DNA of 64,000 nt from Eledone cirrhosa (GCA_964016885.1 OZ024755.1:28706001-28770000); one strand, 5' to 3'; shown: positions 39,242 through 55,089, counted from the first letter of the stretch. Notes: generated by a model not told the origin, from the sequence alone. Numbers and translations are program-made.

Positions 39242-40116
39242 GTAGCAATCATTATTTAACGTCATCATCATCGTCATCATCGTCATCGTTGCCAACGTCG
39301 TCGGCGTCGTCGTCATCGTCGTCGTCGTCATCGTCGCCATCATCGGCATCGTCATCATCGCCATCGTCGTCATCGTCATCGTCATCATCATTATCATTAT
39401 CATCATCATCATCATCGTAGCAATCATTATTTAACGTCATCATCATCGTCATCATCGTCATCGTTGCCAACGTCGTCGGCGTCGTCGTCATCGTCGTCGT
39501 CGTCATCGTCGCCATCATCGGCATCGTCATCATCGCCATCGTCGTCATCGTCATCGTCATCATCATCATCATTATCATCATCATCATCATCGTAGCAATC
39601 ATTATTTAACGTCATCATCATCGTCATCATCGTCATCGTTGCCAACGTCGTCGGCGTCGTCGTCATCGTCGTCGTCGTCATCGTCGCCATCATCGGCATC
39701 GTCATCATCGCCATCGTCGTCATCGTCATCGTCATCATCATTATCATTATCATTATCATCGCCGTCGTCATCGTCATCATCGTCATCATCGCCATCATCG
39801 TCATCATCGCCATCATCGTCATCATCGCCATCATCGTCATCATCGCCATCGCCATCATCGCCATCATCGTCATCATCGCCATCGTCATCATCGCCATCAT
39901 CGTCATCATCGCCATCGTCATCATCGCTATCGTCATCATCGCCATCATCGTCATCATCGCCATCGTCATCATCGCCATCATCGTCATCATCGCCATCGTC
40001 ATCATCGCCATCATCGTCATCATCGTCATCATCATCGTCATCATCATTATAATTTTATTAGATCTTAATATTATGAATATTGTTATCGTTGATATTACTA
40101 TTATAATTTTTAGTAA

Positions 40117-40148
<32 letters not shown>

Positions 40149-40428
40149 ATAATAGTTGTAGTAGTGGTAGTAGTAGTATATTAGTAGTAGTAGTAGCAGT
40201 AGTAGTGGTAGTAGTAGCAACAGTAGAAGTAGTAACAGCAGCAGTAGTAGTTGTAGTAGTAATGATATGATAGTAGCACCAGTAGTAGTAGTAGTAGTAG
40301 TAGCAGTAGCACCAGTAGTAGTAGTAGTAGTTGCAGTACTAGTAGCAGCAGTACGAGTAGTAGTAGTAGTAGTAGTAGTAGTAGCAGTAGCATCAGTAGT
40401 AGTAGCCTCAGCAGTACCAGTAGTAGTA
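39188..40428. repeat. Complex (CAT/CGT/CGC)n array with a 175-bp higher-order unit, followed by (TAG)n
   Basis: CGTAGCAATCATTATTTAACG at 39241, 39416 and 39591; (TAG/CAG)n at 40111-40428. Confidence 0.93.
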
Positions 40429-40585
40429 GGTGTGTGTGTGTGTTTCTTTATGTTTCATTATATTTTCTTTGAGAGGCGGGGGCGGATCTGAACCAAAATA
40501 CTAATAATTATACTCCTACTCAATTTATTACAACATTTAGAAAAGAAATTTGGAAAGAGTGGGCGAAAAGTCTAAAATATATAAT

Positions 40586-41728
40586 ACTAGCAGTGGTACC
40601 CGGCGTTGCACGGGATAAGGTATTTTGGAACGCGAGCCGCCAATAGACCTAATCGTGGAAAAGCTGCATGCCTGGACAATATGTAAGAAAATAAACCGAA
40701 TACTCTGATGGCTGGATAATCTTTAAGATTTCCTCGATGAAGAAGGAAAAATGCAGGTTTTCACCTAATGCGGGCCCAAGGGGATCAAGAAAATGAATTT
40801 TTTTATGTGCATAATATGCCTTGAAAATTCGGGAAAAATCGGCTAGAAGTAACGCTTCAAAAAAGCCCTAAAAAGCTGAAAAAATGAAGTTTTTCACCTA
40901 ATGCGGGCCCTAGCCCATAAAAAAGTTGGATTTTCTTTGCTCACAATATGAAGAAGCGACTGACTAATACATAGTTACAATTTCAAGGAAATCAGTCTGA
41001 CGTAACGCCTCAATAAAACCCTAAAAAGCTGAAAAAATTCAGTTTCTGGGATCTAGGGGATCAAAAAGTTGGATTTTTCTATGTGCATAACACTCTCTGA
41101 CACATAGGTAATACACATGTAAAGTTTCCAAAATATCGGTTGGGTACTTCTCGAGTTTTAGGGATTCAAACTCACAGACACACACATACACACAGACAAC
41201 CTCAATTTTACATATAGAGACTAGCAGAAAACCACCCACCGGGTGGTTTTCTGCTAGTATATATATATATTACACACACAGAAATGTATATATATTTCTG
41301 TGTGTATATATATATATATATTACACACACACAAATGTATATATATTTCTGTGTATATATATATATATTTCTGTGTGTGTATATATATATATATATATTA
41401 CACACACACAGAAACGTATATATGTTTCTGTAGCACTCCTCAATTCCCCCCTCTTTCCCTCCCGCTATCCCTCTCTTGTAGTCTGTCTCATTCTTTCACT
41501 CTCACTCTCTCTCTACGCGTGCGCAAAAAAACATTCGCACGCGCGCACGTGTTTTAGCGTCTATTCACTCACTCTCTCTCTCTCCCCCTCCCCCTCTCGT
41601 AGTCTGTCTCTTTCTTTCACCCCCACTCTCTCTCTACGCGTGCGCAAAAAACATTCGCACGCGCGCACGTGTTTCCACTGTCGGACAGACAGACAGAGAA
41701 ATTGCTGGTTATATATTATAAGGAGATT
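40586..41728 (+). mobile_element. Non-autonomous Helitron/Helentron-like elements
   Basis: Starts ACTAGCAGTGGTACCCGGCGTTGCACGGG (hairpin), has internal ~135-bp repeats, and has (GACA/CA)n-...TATATAG-type ends at ~41220 and ~41728. A similar start lies on the minus strand at 52085-52117. Confidence 0.55.
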
Positions 41729-42834
41729 ATGTCGGTAAAAGATATGGAAAATACAGAAATTAAATTAGACTGATGATTAAAGGGTGTTTTCTCTAATCTG
41801 TATGATACATAGACTCGCATATATGTGTGCGTGTTCAACTGATAGCAGGTTGATTGATAAAATTACAAGTCAGTCAATCATATTGATCTCCTCCCCACAG
41901 GCCCGGCGGACAGAATGGAGAAGGCGTTTCCCCGAAGGACGGCTAGGGAGACGCGTCGCTAGAGCATTATTCTTCTGGGCACGGAATTCTGGTGATAGGT
42001 ATTGTTTGTGGTTGACGCAGTATCGTATAAAATGCTAGCATTCTAATGATAATTTATGTTCATTCACTGTAAACGGAGGGATTGCTGAAATTGTTTACGC
42101 TTTATAGGATTCTAATTCAAGATTGGTTGTTATATCGATCTTGAGAATTAAGAAATATATAAAATTCCCGTACCGGAAGATCATATATTGTTATTAGTTT
42201 TACATTATGATGCTAAAATACGATAGAATGGGAAGCAAAATCGACCTCAGTGTGATAAGAATGATAAAGATAATGGACTCTAGCCAGTTCTGCGACATTT
42301 TGATAAAGATAATCGATTGTAGCCATTTTGTCCGACGTGATAAGGATCTTGTCTAGCGACTCACAAACCTGCCAGAGCCGTCTCGATCCTCCTTTTCATT
42401 TATTTCTTGTCCTCCCCCAGGCTACATATGAATCACTATACACAGTCTTTCTCTCCTTGAACGAGGGTCTTTAAGTATTTCTTTCTGGATTATGCCTAGC
42501 CAATATGTATCTATTCGCAACACATCAATCGCACTAACATGACCAAGCTTGAAGAGTCTGCAATCACTATTGACACTGTCAATCAGACAAAGTATAGTGC
42601 AACTTCTAGATCATATCTCCAAATTGCATTATCTTCTCCAACACTCGGTAGCACTGTCAAATTTTTTCTGGTGGTTGATCATATTCTGAGGTGTAAAAAT
42701 AATCGAGAAAAGGAATTGCAGCAAATATTTGTTGTTGATGCTTTTCACAATTAATCTACAACATATCTCCAGGGCTGCATCGACTGAGCAGTGGGACAGG
42801 AGCACAACTTTGTAATTTACTTTGTAATTGACTC

Positions 42835-43009
42835 TATCGGTAGAGGGTTGGACGACATGCTTTGATGCATAGAGTTACGGCCCTTGCCATTCTGAGTTCA
42901 AATCCCGCCGAGGTTAACTTTGCCTTTCATCCTTACGGAGTCGATAAAACAAAGTACCAGTAATGCACTGGGTAATTGCTGGCCTTGTGCCAAAAGCAGA
43001 AACAATTAT
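42835..43009 (+). mobile_element. tRNA-derived SINE
   Basis: TCGGTAGAGGG...GAGTTCAAATCCCGCCGAGGTTAACTTTGCCTTTCATCCTTACGG...GAAACAATTAT. Confidence 0.88.
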
Positions 43010-43019
43010 CTGCCTGAAT

Positions 43020-43790
43020 AACAGGGATCACATCCATTAAACGTTCAAGAATCTCTATGAATGACTTGCTTATGTGTATCTTCAACCACGGCATCCCGAA
43101 TCAGTTGAATTTTCTGAACTCTCGAATCTGCGCTTCAAAGAAGGAAGGTGCTAATGATATATTTAGACAAATGAAAACAACTAGAAGAAAGCAACATAAT
43201 ACGACTAATAAATGCTTTGAATGGATCTAATTTCTGAACGTGTGATTAAAACGTGCTGTGTTGAAGGCATCAGTGAAGTTAAAGATCTACCTTACCATGT
43301 GGATCAGCATTCTACTAAATCATTGCTTATTACACATCGGTGCTCATTGCCTAGTTCTATATACGTCTGACCACATTGCCAACAAAAAGTAACAATCACC
43401 TTGTAGATATGTTGTCCAAAATGTATGGGTCAGAAATTATGTCTCCTTTGCCAGTGTTTCCAATCCGCCACCAGTTGCTAGAGGTGCATGACAAGAGAGG
43501 TGCAAACAAGGAAAGTATATATAAAAAAAGGTCGTAAAGCAGCTGATCTGATATTTCGCACAACCGAATATCACCAGCTATATCTCAGGACTGTTAATGT
43601 CTACAATATACTACCGTGTCGGCTAAGGGCCCTGAAAGGTGGTGAATGTAAATATGTTCTTATTCTCTAATCTAGATACATATCTTTAAATATTTGCTAT
43701 AGCTTGATAATTCTACTCTAGTAGATCAATTCAAAGAAACCCAGCACATGCCATTGACGATCGTTTAAGTCACCCCCTCCTTAACAATCG
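43020..43790 (+). pseudogene. Degenerate CR1-like LINE fragment
   Basis: YNILPCRLRALKG...LDTYL resembles VNKLPKDLRDMHG...LDTLL of the CR1 at 26659-27302. Confidence 0.35.
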
Positions 43791-45861
43791 CTAAAGGTTT
43801 TACAATTGTGCATTTTCCAATTCTAACAAACACGACCTTGTTGAAACCAATCGACCAAAATTATAGACACGCTACAAACTCCTGATCTACTAACGTAATT
43901 CATGTACTGTATCTAGATAAGATCCAGGTGATATAATATGACTTTTACTATGGCCAAACAATCACGTTCACGAAATCTATCCATTATGGGTAGAAATACT
44001 TGAAACATTTGAGGGTTCCTATTGCTCAAACTATTCTTTCACGATATAAGCAGGCGTCCAATATAGGTAAGTTAACCACTACCACACTAACGCGCAGAAA
44101 CTTTCCAGGAACACTAGTAAATTCACTACAGTCGTGACGTAAATTACTGGTCAGAACCAAATATCTATTTGTGGTTTAAAGAAAATCATCCGTATATTAT
44201 AAGGAAAACTAGAAACATATGGCATAAAAATAAAGTATAAATTATATATAAATAATATGCGATATTATCGCCAAATGGCGACTGGTCCTTTTGCCCCTAA
44301 TATATAGCATTTCCTCGAGCAGTCAGGCAAACCTGAGGAGCATCCATTCATGTTACCCTCTACAGGCCACTTAATAATGAAAGTATTTTTAGATTATGTA
44401 AGAAAAATGTAACTCTATCATGTTGTGTAATGTGTTAGCGTTAGGTTTTAATTTCTTCAATTAGCGGATTAGAACGCTGCAGGATGCCATAAAATATAAG
44501 TATCTGGAAATCGAGCAAGCATGATGAAAATATCGGTTAAATGATATATAGACTGGGATAGCAAAAGAAGAAAAATAACAACGCAATATGAACTCTTTTT
44601 AACTGATGATTATCTAAAAGTTTTCATACAGAACATATGTCAACAAATGAAAGGAGTTCTCTCAGAACACGAAACTCTCAAACAGACAAACAAAATGCTT
44701 CCATAATAAATATTATATACATTGATGTTATTTTTAGTTGTTTGTTGTATAGTGACCCGTGGAAAATAAAATAAATGGGATGTAGTAAATAGTGACACTA
44801 CCACGTGAATTTTATTTCTTGAAAAATGCATACATAAGCACTTATAAAAATGTATACATTTTTAATAATATTTAGTTGTTGAGGGTGGTGGATTGGCAGG
44901 ATTGGTTGAACTGTTGTGACGCTAAACTCCGCCAGTTGCAGACTGCGCATGAACATGTGATATCTCTCTCCACAAAGTTCGATCACCAGAAGCAGAGTTG
45001 AAAGAGCAAAGATCAAGTCCAGTGCATGAATTGACATTGTCAAGCCATCCTTTTGGCTGCTGGCCTCTGCTTCTCTTACCAGCCAACCTTCCTTCCAGAA
45101 TTGGTAGAGCGACGGATTAAATGCAGTCTGATTGCGAGATCCACCGCAAGACTGGAACGTTGGCGGCCCGTCTAAGGATGGAGCACCGCAAGGTGGGGTG
45201 GAAGTTGCAGTGTGTGTCGCTGACCATTGTCCTCGGGAATTCTATTGCGGTCTTGTCCGCGGAGTACAGCCCCGTTACGGCCACGCCCTAGGCCCAGAGC
45301 CCAACCACCACCATCCCTCTTACCATTCTTCTGTGACACTAGCGTGTTTGCCATTCACAGTCCAGCACTTCGATACGTATCTTCCCTCATGTACACATTT
45401 AATAACCAACAAACCAAGTCCTTCTGATATGAAATATTCCAAAATTTCTGACATGTGTTTTCATACTGAAAAGAAAAAGAAATTCCGTTTATTTTCTTGT
45501 CTTAATTTGGTCCATCGTTCTATGTCTTCATCATTTTGACAGTCCCCATACAGATGCATGATTAATGAACACTTAAGTCGTGTTTTACAAGTAAATTAAA
45601 CTTTAAAAAAATATATATCATCATTGCATTATTCTATTGTACTTTTCTTCTGTGGTGTTTGGTTTGTGGACTTTTCTCGTATATATTTTATGTATATAAT
45701 TTAACTGATTTATTCAAATGTTGTTATAGACATGTATTTATATATGCCAAGATGATGTTTATATTTCAGGTTTTTTTAAATATTTTGTAAGGATGATTGA
45801 AAAATGTGTACGATCCAGCTCGATCTACAATCCAAATAAAAGACACGTGTTTCTCTATCTA

Positions 45862-45904
<43 letters not shown>

Positions 45905-45909
<5 letters not shown>

Positions 45910-46072
45910 AAATGTTCGTTCTACATGGCTGAATACAATAATTTCACATGCCAACACAAGAGAAATAATGAAGGGTTCATTCTACTGACATGGCTATAAA
46001 CTTGAGGCTAGTTTGCATAATTGCAAACGAATCGAATGTTATTATGAATATTCGAAAAACTAAGATTACATT
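45905..46072 (+). mobile_element. 3' end fragment of the RTE LINE family at 59511-60725
   Basis: CATGCCAACACAAGAG and ACTGACATGGCTATAAA.TTGAGGCT...TATTCGAAAAACT.AGATTAC are shared with 60593-60716. Confidence 0.75.
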
Positions 46073-46152
46073 TATATATATATATGTATGTATATATATA
46101 TATATATGTATGTATATATATATATATATGTATGTATGTATATATATATGTA

Positions 46153-46760
46153 TGTCAGGTCACCAGTTGCTGTTACTGGTAACATGTATCCCAGTACAAC
46201 CTGTCTCATGGTTGGGTCGTTGGCGACTAAACTGGCAACCCCACCAAGGTTTCTTGGTGAGGAAGGTGACTTTGGACATCCTGCAGGACTAAAAACTAAA
46301 CCTGTCAAAGGGCAAAGGCGCTATTAAGAGTCAATGGCCATCCAAAATCACCGGGAGAGATGACCCCTTAGCCTTTGTCAAGGCAGAATTCTAGGAGAAG
46401 GAAAACTCTGATATAACACCTGCAACCTGATGGTATCCAATGATGTTGACTTGTTCTTCTTTTTGGTAAATATCATCTTGGTTAAGAGAGTGGGACTGGC
46501 TTTGTGCAGTACCTTTGCTCACTATAAAAGCTTCACGGCACAGGCATTGCTTTATATCTGGAGATATCTCTGTACTTGTCATCACATGGTACCATGGGCC
46601 CAGCACTATGTGTCAATGATTGTCACAAGTGTAGTGTTTGTACCAGAGTTTTCAAGTCGCTGGCTGGACTAAAAAGTCACGCTCGTTCAGCGCATCGGTA
46701 GGGGTTCTCCTACATGGATATAAAGTAGTGGCCGTACTCGTAAACGAGTTGGCAGCCACC
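46153..46760 (+). mobile_element. RTE-derived non-autonomous retroelement
   Basis: Nearly identical reverse complement of 16263-16871; flanked by (TA/TATG)n. Confidence 0.85.
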
Positions 46761-46787
46761 TTATATATATGTATGTGTATGTATATA

Positions 46788-46876
<89 letters not shown>

Positions 46877-46886
46877 TAGATAGATA

Positions 46887-46960
<74 letters not shown>

Positions 46961-47703
46961 TATATAAATATATATATATATATAATATATATATATGTAT
47001 TTTATATACATATATATATATGATGTATAATAACATGATTCTCTATCTACTGGTGGAAATTTATAAAATAAAAAATAAACCAGATCATACATACATATAT
47101 ACTCACATATATGTGTATATAATACACACACATATATTGCTACATTTGTACGTACATATACATGCATAAGATATGCATACATACAAACATACCTACGGGC
47201 ATGCATGAATGCATACTTCCATATGCATATTTACGTATACATTTTTCGGCAAATTTCATAATCTCTCTGATGAGATATAGCGCATGTTTTTACTTTTAAT
47301 GACATTTGTGTGACAAATACATTAAAACTATATTGTACGAAACTTTGGTAATTTAGATAAAGGACTGTTTCTTGATGCATTCGGAGCAGGTAAGAAATTC
47401 TCTATTCAAGATTTTCAAGAGAGTCATTACGATTGGAAGTCAGAAGTCTGTTGGCCAGAAAGAGAACTAAGATAAGATTAACGAATTACCATCGCATCGG
47501 AAAACAGACATAATATATTTGCGCATGAAGAGAGGATTAAATTTTAGCTTTGCAATGTCTACTTCGATAGCCATAGATATATGACATTCACATATCAATA
47601 TGATTATATAGAACGTAACACGCATAGTACACAGACTCACATACCTACATTTCTACAAAAACAAGCAGTCATACACATATGTATATGTAAAAAATGTGTG
47701 TAC

Positions 47704-47748
<45 letters not shown>

Positions 47749-47991
47749 TATATATATGTATCTATATACAGTACATATATATATGTATGTATATACAGTA
47801 CATATATATATGTATATTCAGTACATATATATTTATATATATGTATATATGTGTATACAGCACATATATATATATTGAAAAATGTGTGAAATTGTACAAT
47901 TTTGTACAATTATTTATATTTCAAAAAAGGAAAATAATGTCTTCACGCATAAGAACAACTAGAAGTGAAGTCAATCTTTTCCTTTTTTCAA

Positions 47992-48095
<104 letters not shown>

Positions 48096-49303
48096 ATATA
48101 TTGAAAACGAAGACAAATAATGCAATTCAAATTTCAACATAGTTTATCTCTCATCATTCATATTTGCATAGCTATTTAATGAGCTGTATATTGTATATTA
48201 TTTCCTCAACTTAACATTTTTAGATCTGATGTCTCCAGATTTTAGGGTTATTTACATATGAAAGAATGCTATTTCTCTACGCCAACCAGTATATATTTCT
48301 TCGTAGATGTATAGATATCCTGTGATTGTAAACAGAATGGAGAAATGTTCGTATATATTATGTTATGTTACGGCTATATTAAAGTTTTGCTAAGAATTGT
48401 AAATAAAATGGGAAGATTACGAGATTGGTTCTTATGTTTTTTAGAGAAGAAATATAAAGACAATGACAAGTAATTTTGTCAATTCGATTATTGTTCGTGT
48501 ATGATTTTCGGTAAAAGATTTGTTCCAAGATCGGCTAAGACTGTATTCCAATTGAGTATATTCATTCTTAAGCTAAGAATAACAATACCCTTGTCAGCCA
48601 TGTAGAGTTTATTTCCTTCTTGATAAAATAATATAGGAGCTTAGTTTAGTTCGAGCAGATTGTCAGCTAAATCTATGGAAATAAGTCAAATTCGGCTGTA
48701 TTCTTCTATGCAGCTGTATAAAATTCATTTAACAATACAGTGTCTTATATTATCAAGAGATGAGTATACATGGCTGATAGAGGTATCGTATTTTTTCAAA
48801 TTCTGCATGAAACTTTTATATAAACTAAATAAATAGGTGCATTTTTATCGTTTAGGCAATTCGTTTTAGAATTTCTCTGTACTAAATAAATACATATAAA
48901 TAAATACATATAAATATATTATTACATATATCCATGCAACATACACACGCTAATGTACATGCAAATATCTGTGTGATAGGAAAAAATATATGTATGTAGA
49001 TATGCACATGTGTATGTATATTAATAAATATTTCATATGCCTTCAGTCATGGACAGTATCTGCGATTTAATGTATATGGGAGTATATTATTAATATGATC
49101 CTAACCTTTATATATATGGAATATGTATAGTCGCATTCCTTGGCTAATATATGTTCAGTAATATGTTCAGTACGGATATTTCAGAAATATGTGATATAAA
49201 CATATATAAACATATATATATATATATATACATGCATACACACACACAAATACACACACATACAAATATATATATGTATGTATTTGTTGCATGTTTATAT
49301 TAC

Positions 49304-49360
<57 letters not shown>

Positions 49361-49401
49361 TATGTAAGTATACTATATATATATATATTCATATATACGT
49401 A

Positions 49402-49456
<55 letters not shown>

Positions 49457-49564
49457 TATATACGTATACTATATATATATGTATTTACATATATATATAA
49501 TATATATATATATATATTCATATATACGTATACTGTATATATATATGTATATATATATATATTT

Positions 49565-49633
<69 letters not shown>

Positions 49634-49693
49634 GATATATATATATTCATATATATATATATATTTGCATATATATATATATTCTTATATACG

Positions 49694-49751
<58 letters not shown>

Positions 49752-50060
49752 CAAACAAACAGAAATAGACTTATTATGCTTACATGCTTGCAAGTACATT
49801 TTCATATTTAAACATTTCACATTATAGTGAATATCATTTAGATATTCACAGTTCAAAATTCCATGATGTCTAATATATCAGTCTTTCTGTGTATATAGCC
49901 GACTCGGCAAACCAAAATATTTGTATAGTAAATATAATCATTTAAAATGAGCCACTCCTAAATTATTATAGCCAATGCGTTTTATTCCTCGGTTGTAAGT
50001 GTGTTTTGTTTGTTCTTGTATGTATGTATGTGAATTTTTATTTCCAAACTGAACATGTAC

Positions 50061-50208
<148 letters not shown>

Positions 50209-50213
50209 GTATA

Positions 50214-50641
<428 letters not shown>

Positions 50642-50663
50642 TATATATATATATATATATATA

Positions 50664-51118
<455 letters not shown>

Positions 51119-51449
51119 ATATATATATTTATGTATATATATATATTTATATATATATATATATTTGTATATATATGTATATACATATATATATATATAT
51201 ACATATATATATGTGTGTGTGTGTGTATATATATCCATATCACACACACATGTGATATGGATATATTTGTAGACATACATATGCATACAGACACTCAGAC
51301 ACCTCCACACACACACATTCACATATATATATATACTTATATATATGTATATATGTTTGTATGTATATATATATGTATATAAATCACAGGCATCACTGAC
51401 GAGTTTACTCCTTACCCTACCAGTTAGTCTTAGTGTACTGCGTCCTGCT

Positions 51450-51900
51450 TTTAGGTCATGCCTCGAAGGAAGAGATACTCCAATGGCCGAAATACCGCGA
51501 AAGCGGCAAGGGAAAGAACAAGACGGGCAAACGAATCGTCAGTGTAATCTGCTATTCGACGGTCGCAAGATGCTGAACGTACTGCCACCAGAAGAGCACT
51601 TGAAACAGACAACCAACGAACCATTCGCCGAACCGTGTCAGCTTTACAATGTCTATCAACAAATCCCAAGGTTAGAGCCTAGCTGTTGCTGATCTTCTTT
51701 TGGAAGAGTCATGTTTTTCATACGTTGGCTGCTCAAGAGTGGGAAGTAAGACACATCACTTTGCATATGCTCGACACGGAAGAACAAGGAACATTGTGTA
51801 CAAGGAGGTGCTACAACCATAGGTAGATGTGGCAGAAGGGGATATACACGATTGGCTGAAGAAGGACGAGACTGTGTTAGTAGTACGATCAACGGCTGCT
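51450..51900 (-). pseudogene. Possible degenerate LINE 3' fragment
   Basis: Minus-strand remnants loosely resembling the Y.CHIW / L.RV(E/Q) / RR.V..LS region of CR1/L2-group elements. Confidence 0.25.
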
Positions 51901-52631
51901 ATCACACCAACAGCAGCAAAATCAACAACAAAAAGAGAGGGAACGCAATTAGATGCTTTTGAAAAATCTTAATGGAAAATTATTTGCGTAAGCACAAAAT
52001 GTAGGCACCATCCCCAGGCCGAAGTATACCGTACTTCTCTGTACTGTTTCAGAAAGGAGGGATAAACATGCCAATCTATGTTTAGAAGCCCGAGCAATGC
52101 CGGGCCATTCTGCTAGTATATATATATATATATATATATATAATAAAAGTAACGAAGATCTGTTAGACTAAAACTGCAAGAAAATAATATTTATAGGAAA
52201 ACCAACTTCACATTAATACAGTTGTTGTCTACCTATTTTGTTGTTTAGTCTAGGTTTACATAACTAATATATAATTTGTTATTGTGGTTCAGTCACACAG
52301 TATTCATAACAAATATTAATATAGGTAAAATTCCGTTATAACGAATATCATTATAATAATTATTTTCACTAAAACGAAATCTATTTCAATTCCCGAGGTA
52401 ATGACAAACAAAGGTTCGATTTGTTTCTCTCGATCTCTTTATAAAGAACTTTTCATTACAATGAATTTTTTATACCCTGTTAATTTCATTATAACGGAAT
52501 TTCACTGTAGTAACACTATCAATACTAATCACGAAAAAACACGGTGCTAACGATTCAGCAAGTCCTGCGATTTCACTAACATTACTTGTTTCTTTGTAGG
52601 TTAACCGATCACACATCATATTGAACAAAAA

Positions 52632-53187
52632 ATAATTGTTTCTACTTTTGGCACAAGGCCAGCAAATACCCCAGTGCATTACTGGTACTTTATTTTATCG
52701 ACTCCCGTAAGAATGAAAGGCAAAGTTAACCTCGGCAGAATTTGAACTCAGAACATAAAGGGCCATAACTCTATGCTGCAAAGTATGGTGTATGACGCTC
52801 TACGGACACTGCCAATCCACCGCCATTAAAGATTCTACTTTTGGCACAAGGCCAGCAATTACGCCAGTGCATTACTGGTACTTTCGACCTCGTAAGTATA
52901 AAAGGCAAAGCTAACCACGGCGGTATTTGAACTCAGACCGTAAAGGGCCATGGTTCTATGCTGCAAAGCATGTTGTCTGACGCTCTACCAATATTTAAAA
53001 AAAATAATTGTTTCTACTTTTGGCACAAGGCCAGCAATTACCCAGTACATTACTGGTACTTTATTTTATCGACCCCGTAAGGATGAAAGGCAAAGTTAAC
53101 CTCGGCGGGATTTGAACTCAGATCGTAAAGGGACGTAACAATGCTGGAAAGCATGTCAGACCCTCTACGGATACTGCCAATTCACCA
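52632..53187 (-). mobile_element. Three tandem tRNA-derived SINEs
   Basis: Copies at ~52632-52824, ~52832-52991 and ~53004-53187, each with TTCTACTTTTGGCACAAGGCCAGCAA and ATTTGAACTCAGA. Confidence 0.9.
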
Positions 53188-54177
53188 AATAATGATTACA
53201 AACTTCTTAATCTGTATATAGACTGTATTTGGATGGGCAAAAACAAAGACATGAAAATAAGCAATAATAATTAAAAGCTGATCAAATATATAAGACTAAC
53301 ATACAAAAGGCACACTCTGAAAGGGATACATTTATAAGTAGGTTTCTGTATGTATGTGTATATATGTATGCTTGCATGTGTGTGTATGACTTACGTACAT
53401 CAAACGCTTGGTGCGGAAGCTGTCAGTCCACGTAGAAACCATGCCAACATGTGAAATGTAGTGAGAATGACGTTGGTTTTGATAACACATTTCAGATAAT
53501 TATGCTTGTATCATATTACTGAACTTGACCCGAAAACTACCCGTAACTTTACAATAGCTCCCTTCATGTTACAGCGGCTCCTGATTTCGTTGACACTTCC
53601 ACGACAATTAGGAATATTTACAAATTTAACAAACCTAGTGGCAGACAAACTTTGACACAAAATACCACATTTTTATCTTTCGTGTTCTTCTTGTAAGCCT
53701 TCATATTCCTTTCTTTGTGATTTTTTTTATCTTCATTTGTTTACATAGGTTACTCATTTCGTTCTTTTAATAACAGGCGCACACACACACATACCCGAAT
53801 GCGCAAACGCACACACACATGTCATAGATGCATTCACGTTCCCCAAATCACACAATAGTTTTATGTGTAAATACTCAAGATATGCTCGCATTATCTCACT
53901 ATAACGCACATAATTACACGGTGGCATAAACAATAACACACACTCACACACACTGTGTGAGTGTGCGTTATTGTGAGAAGATCACACTGAAGCAGGTTGG
54001 GATGTTGAAGAAGTTCGCGGCCATTTTCTGAAAGGCAGGGGGCTGAATTAAAATCAAGGAGTGCTGAAGCAGGTACGAGGAACGCGTCAATTTCAGTGCA
54101 TGATCATCAGAAAAAGGAAGGTAGATATAAAACCCAAACTCACTATCGTCAATTCGGAGTTAATGATCAGTGTTAAT

Positions 54178-54367
54178 GCGGTGGATTGGCAGTATCGGTA
54201 GAGGGTCAGACGCCATGCTTTGCAACAAAGAGTTACGGTACTTTATGGTCTGAGTTCAAAATCCTGTCGAGGTTAACTTTGCCATTCATCCTTAGGGGTT
54301 CGATAAAATACACACCAGTAATGCCTGGGATAATTGCTGGCCTTGTACCAAAAGTAGAAACTATTAT
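54178..54367 (+). mobile_element. tRNA-derived SINE
   Basis: GTGGATTGGCAGTATCGGTAGAGGGTC...GAGTTCAAAATCC...CCAAAAGTAGAAAC. Confidence 0.88.
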
Positions 54368-54889
54368 TCTTGGGTGTTTCCCGGAAGAGGACGATCACAA
54401 ATGCAAGCGGCCGAAATGCAGTCCTCCGAATGGTCTTCGGAGTAAAGTTACTCTATAGTGTACGTAGCTTCGTGATCAGCTGTCCCTCCACATAGAACCA
54501 CTACTAGCTCTGTCAATTCAGTCATTTTGTCAGGATATATAAGCAAAGAAGTAGATCATGCGCCAGATTGTTGAATAAGAACCAGGTGCTCTGTTGATCT
54601 AACTTCATGATGCAACCGGATCATTTGAAGAAGGCTAATACTGTTAGTACCCCTTGGGATCACACGGTGCAAGGGTTCTATCTGTGTGCGACACTCCCCA
54701 ACAATAATAAGAAGAGGCAAAGGAGGAGGAGGGGAGAAGAAGAAGAACAGAAGAAAAGAAAGAGGAAGGAGAAGAATTTCCATCATGTATATTGTAAATT
54801 CCGCGGAAATATAAACAACTTACAGTAGCTACAATGCAGGATCCATTGGATAACAAAAGCATTTCATGCGTCATATTTATACTATGCCG

Positions 54890-55089
54890 NNNNNNNNNNN
54901 NNNNNNNNNNNNNNNNNNNNNNNNNNNNNNNNNNNNNNNNNNNNNNNNNNNNNNNNNNNNNNNNNNNNNNNNNNNNNNNNNNNNNNNNNNNNNNNNNNNN
55001 NNNNNNNNNNNNNNNNNNNNNNNNNNNNNNNNNNNNNNNNNNNNNNNNNNNNNNNNNNNNNNNNNNNNNNNNNNNNNNNNNNNNNNNNN
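54890..55089. other. Assembly gap (200 N)
   Basis: Run of N. Confidence 1.

Noticed and set aside
39100-40491. Poly-Ser/Asp/Met/Val ORFs
   Set aside because: Trinucleotide repeat arrays open in several frames on both strands.
54560-54710. Possible second R4/Dong-like 3' end (HLKKANTVST before an AAT/AAG run)
   Set aside because: Similarity to the LQKA.LLGT motif is too weak to call.
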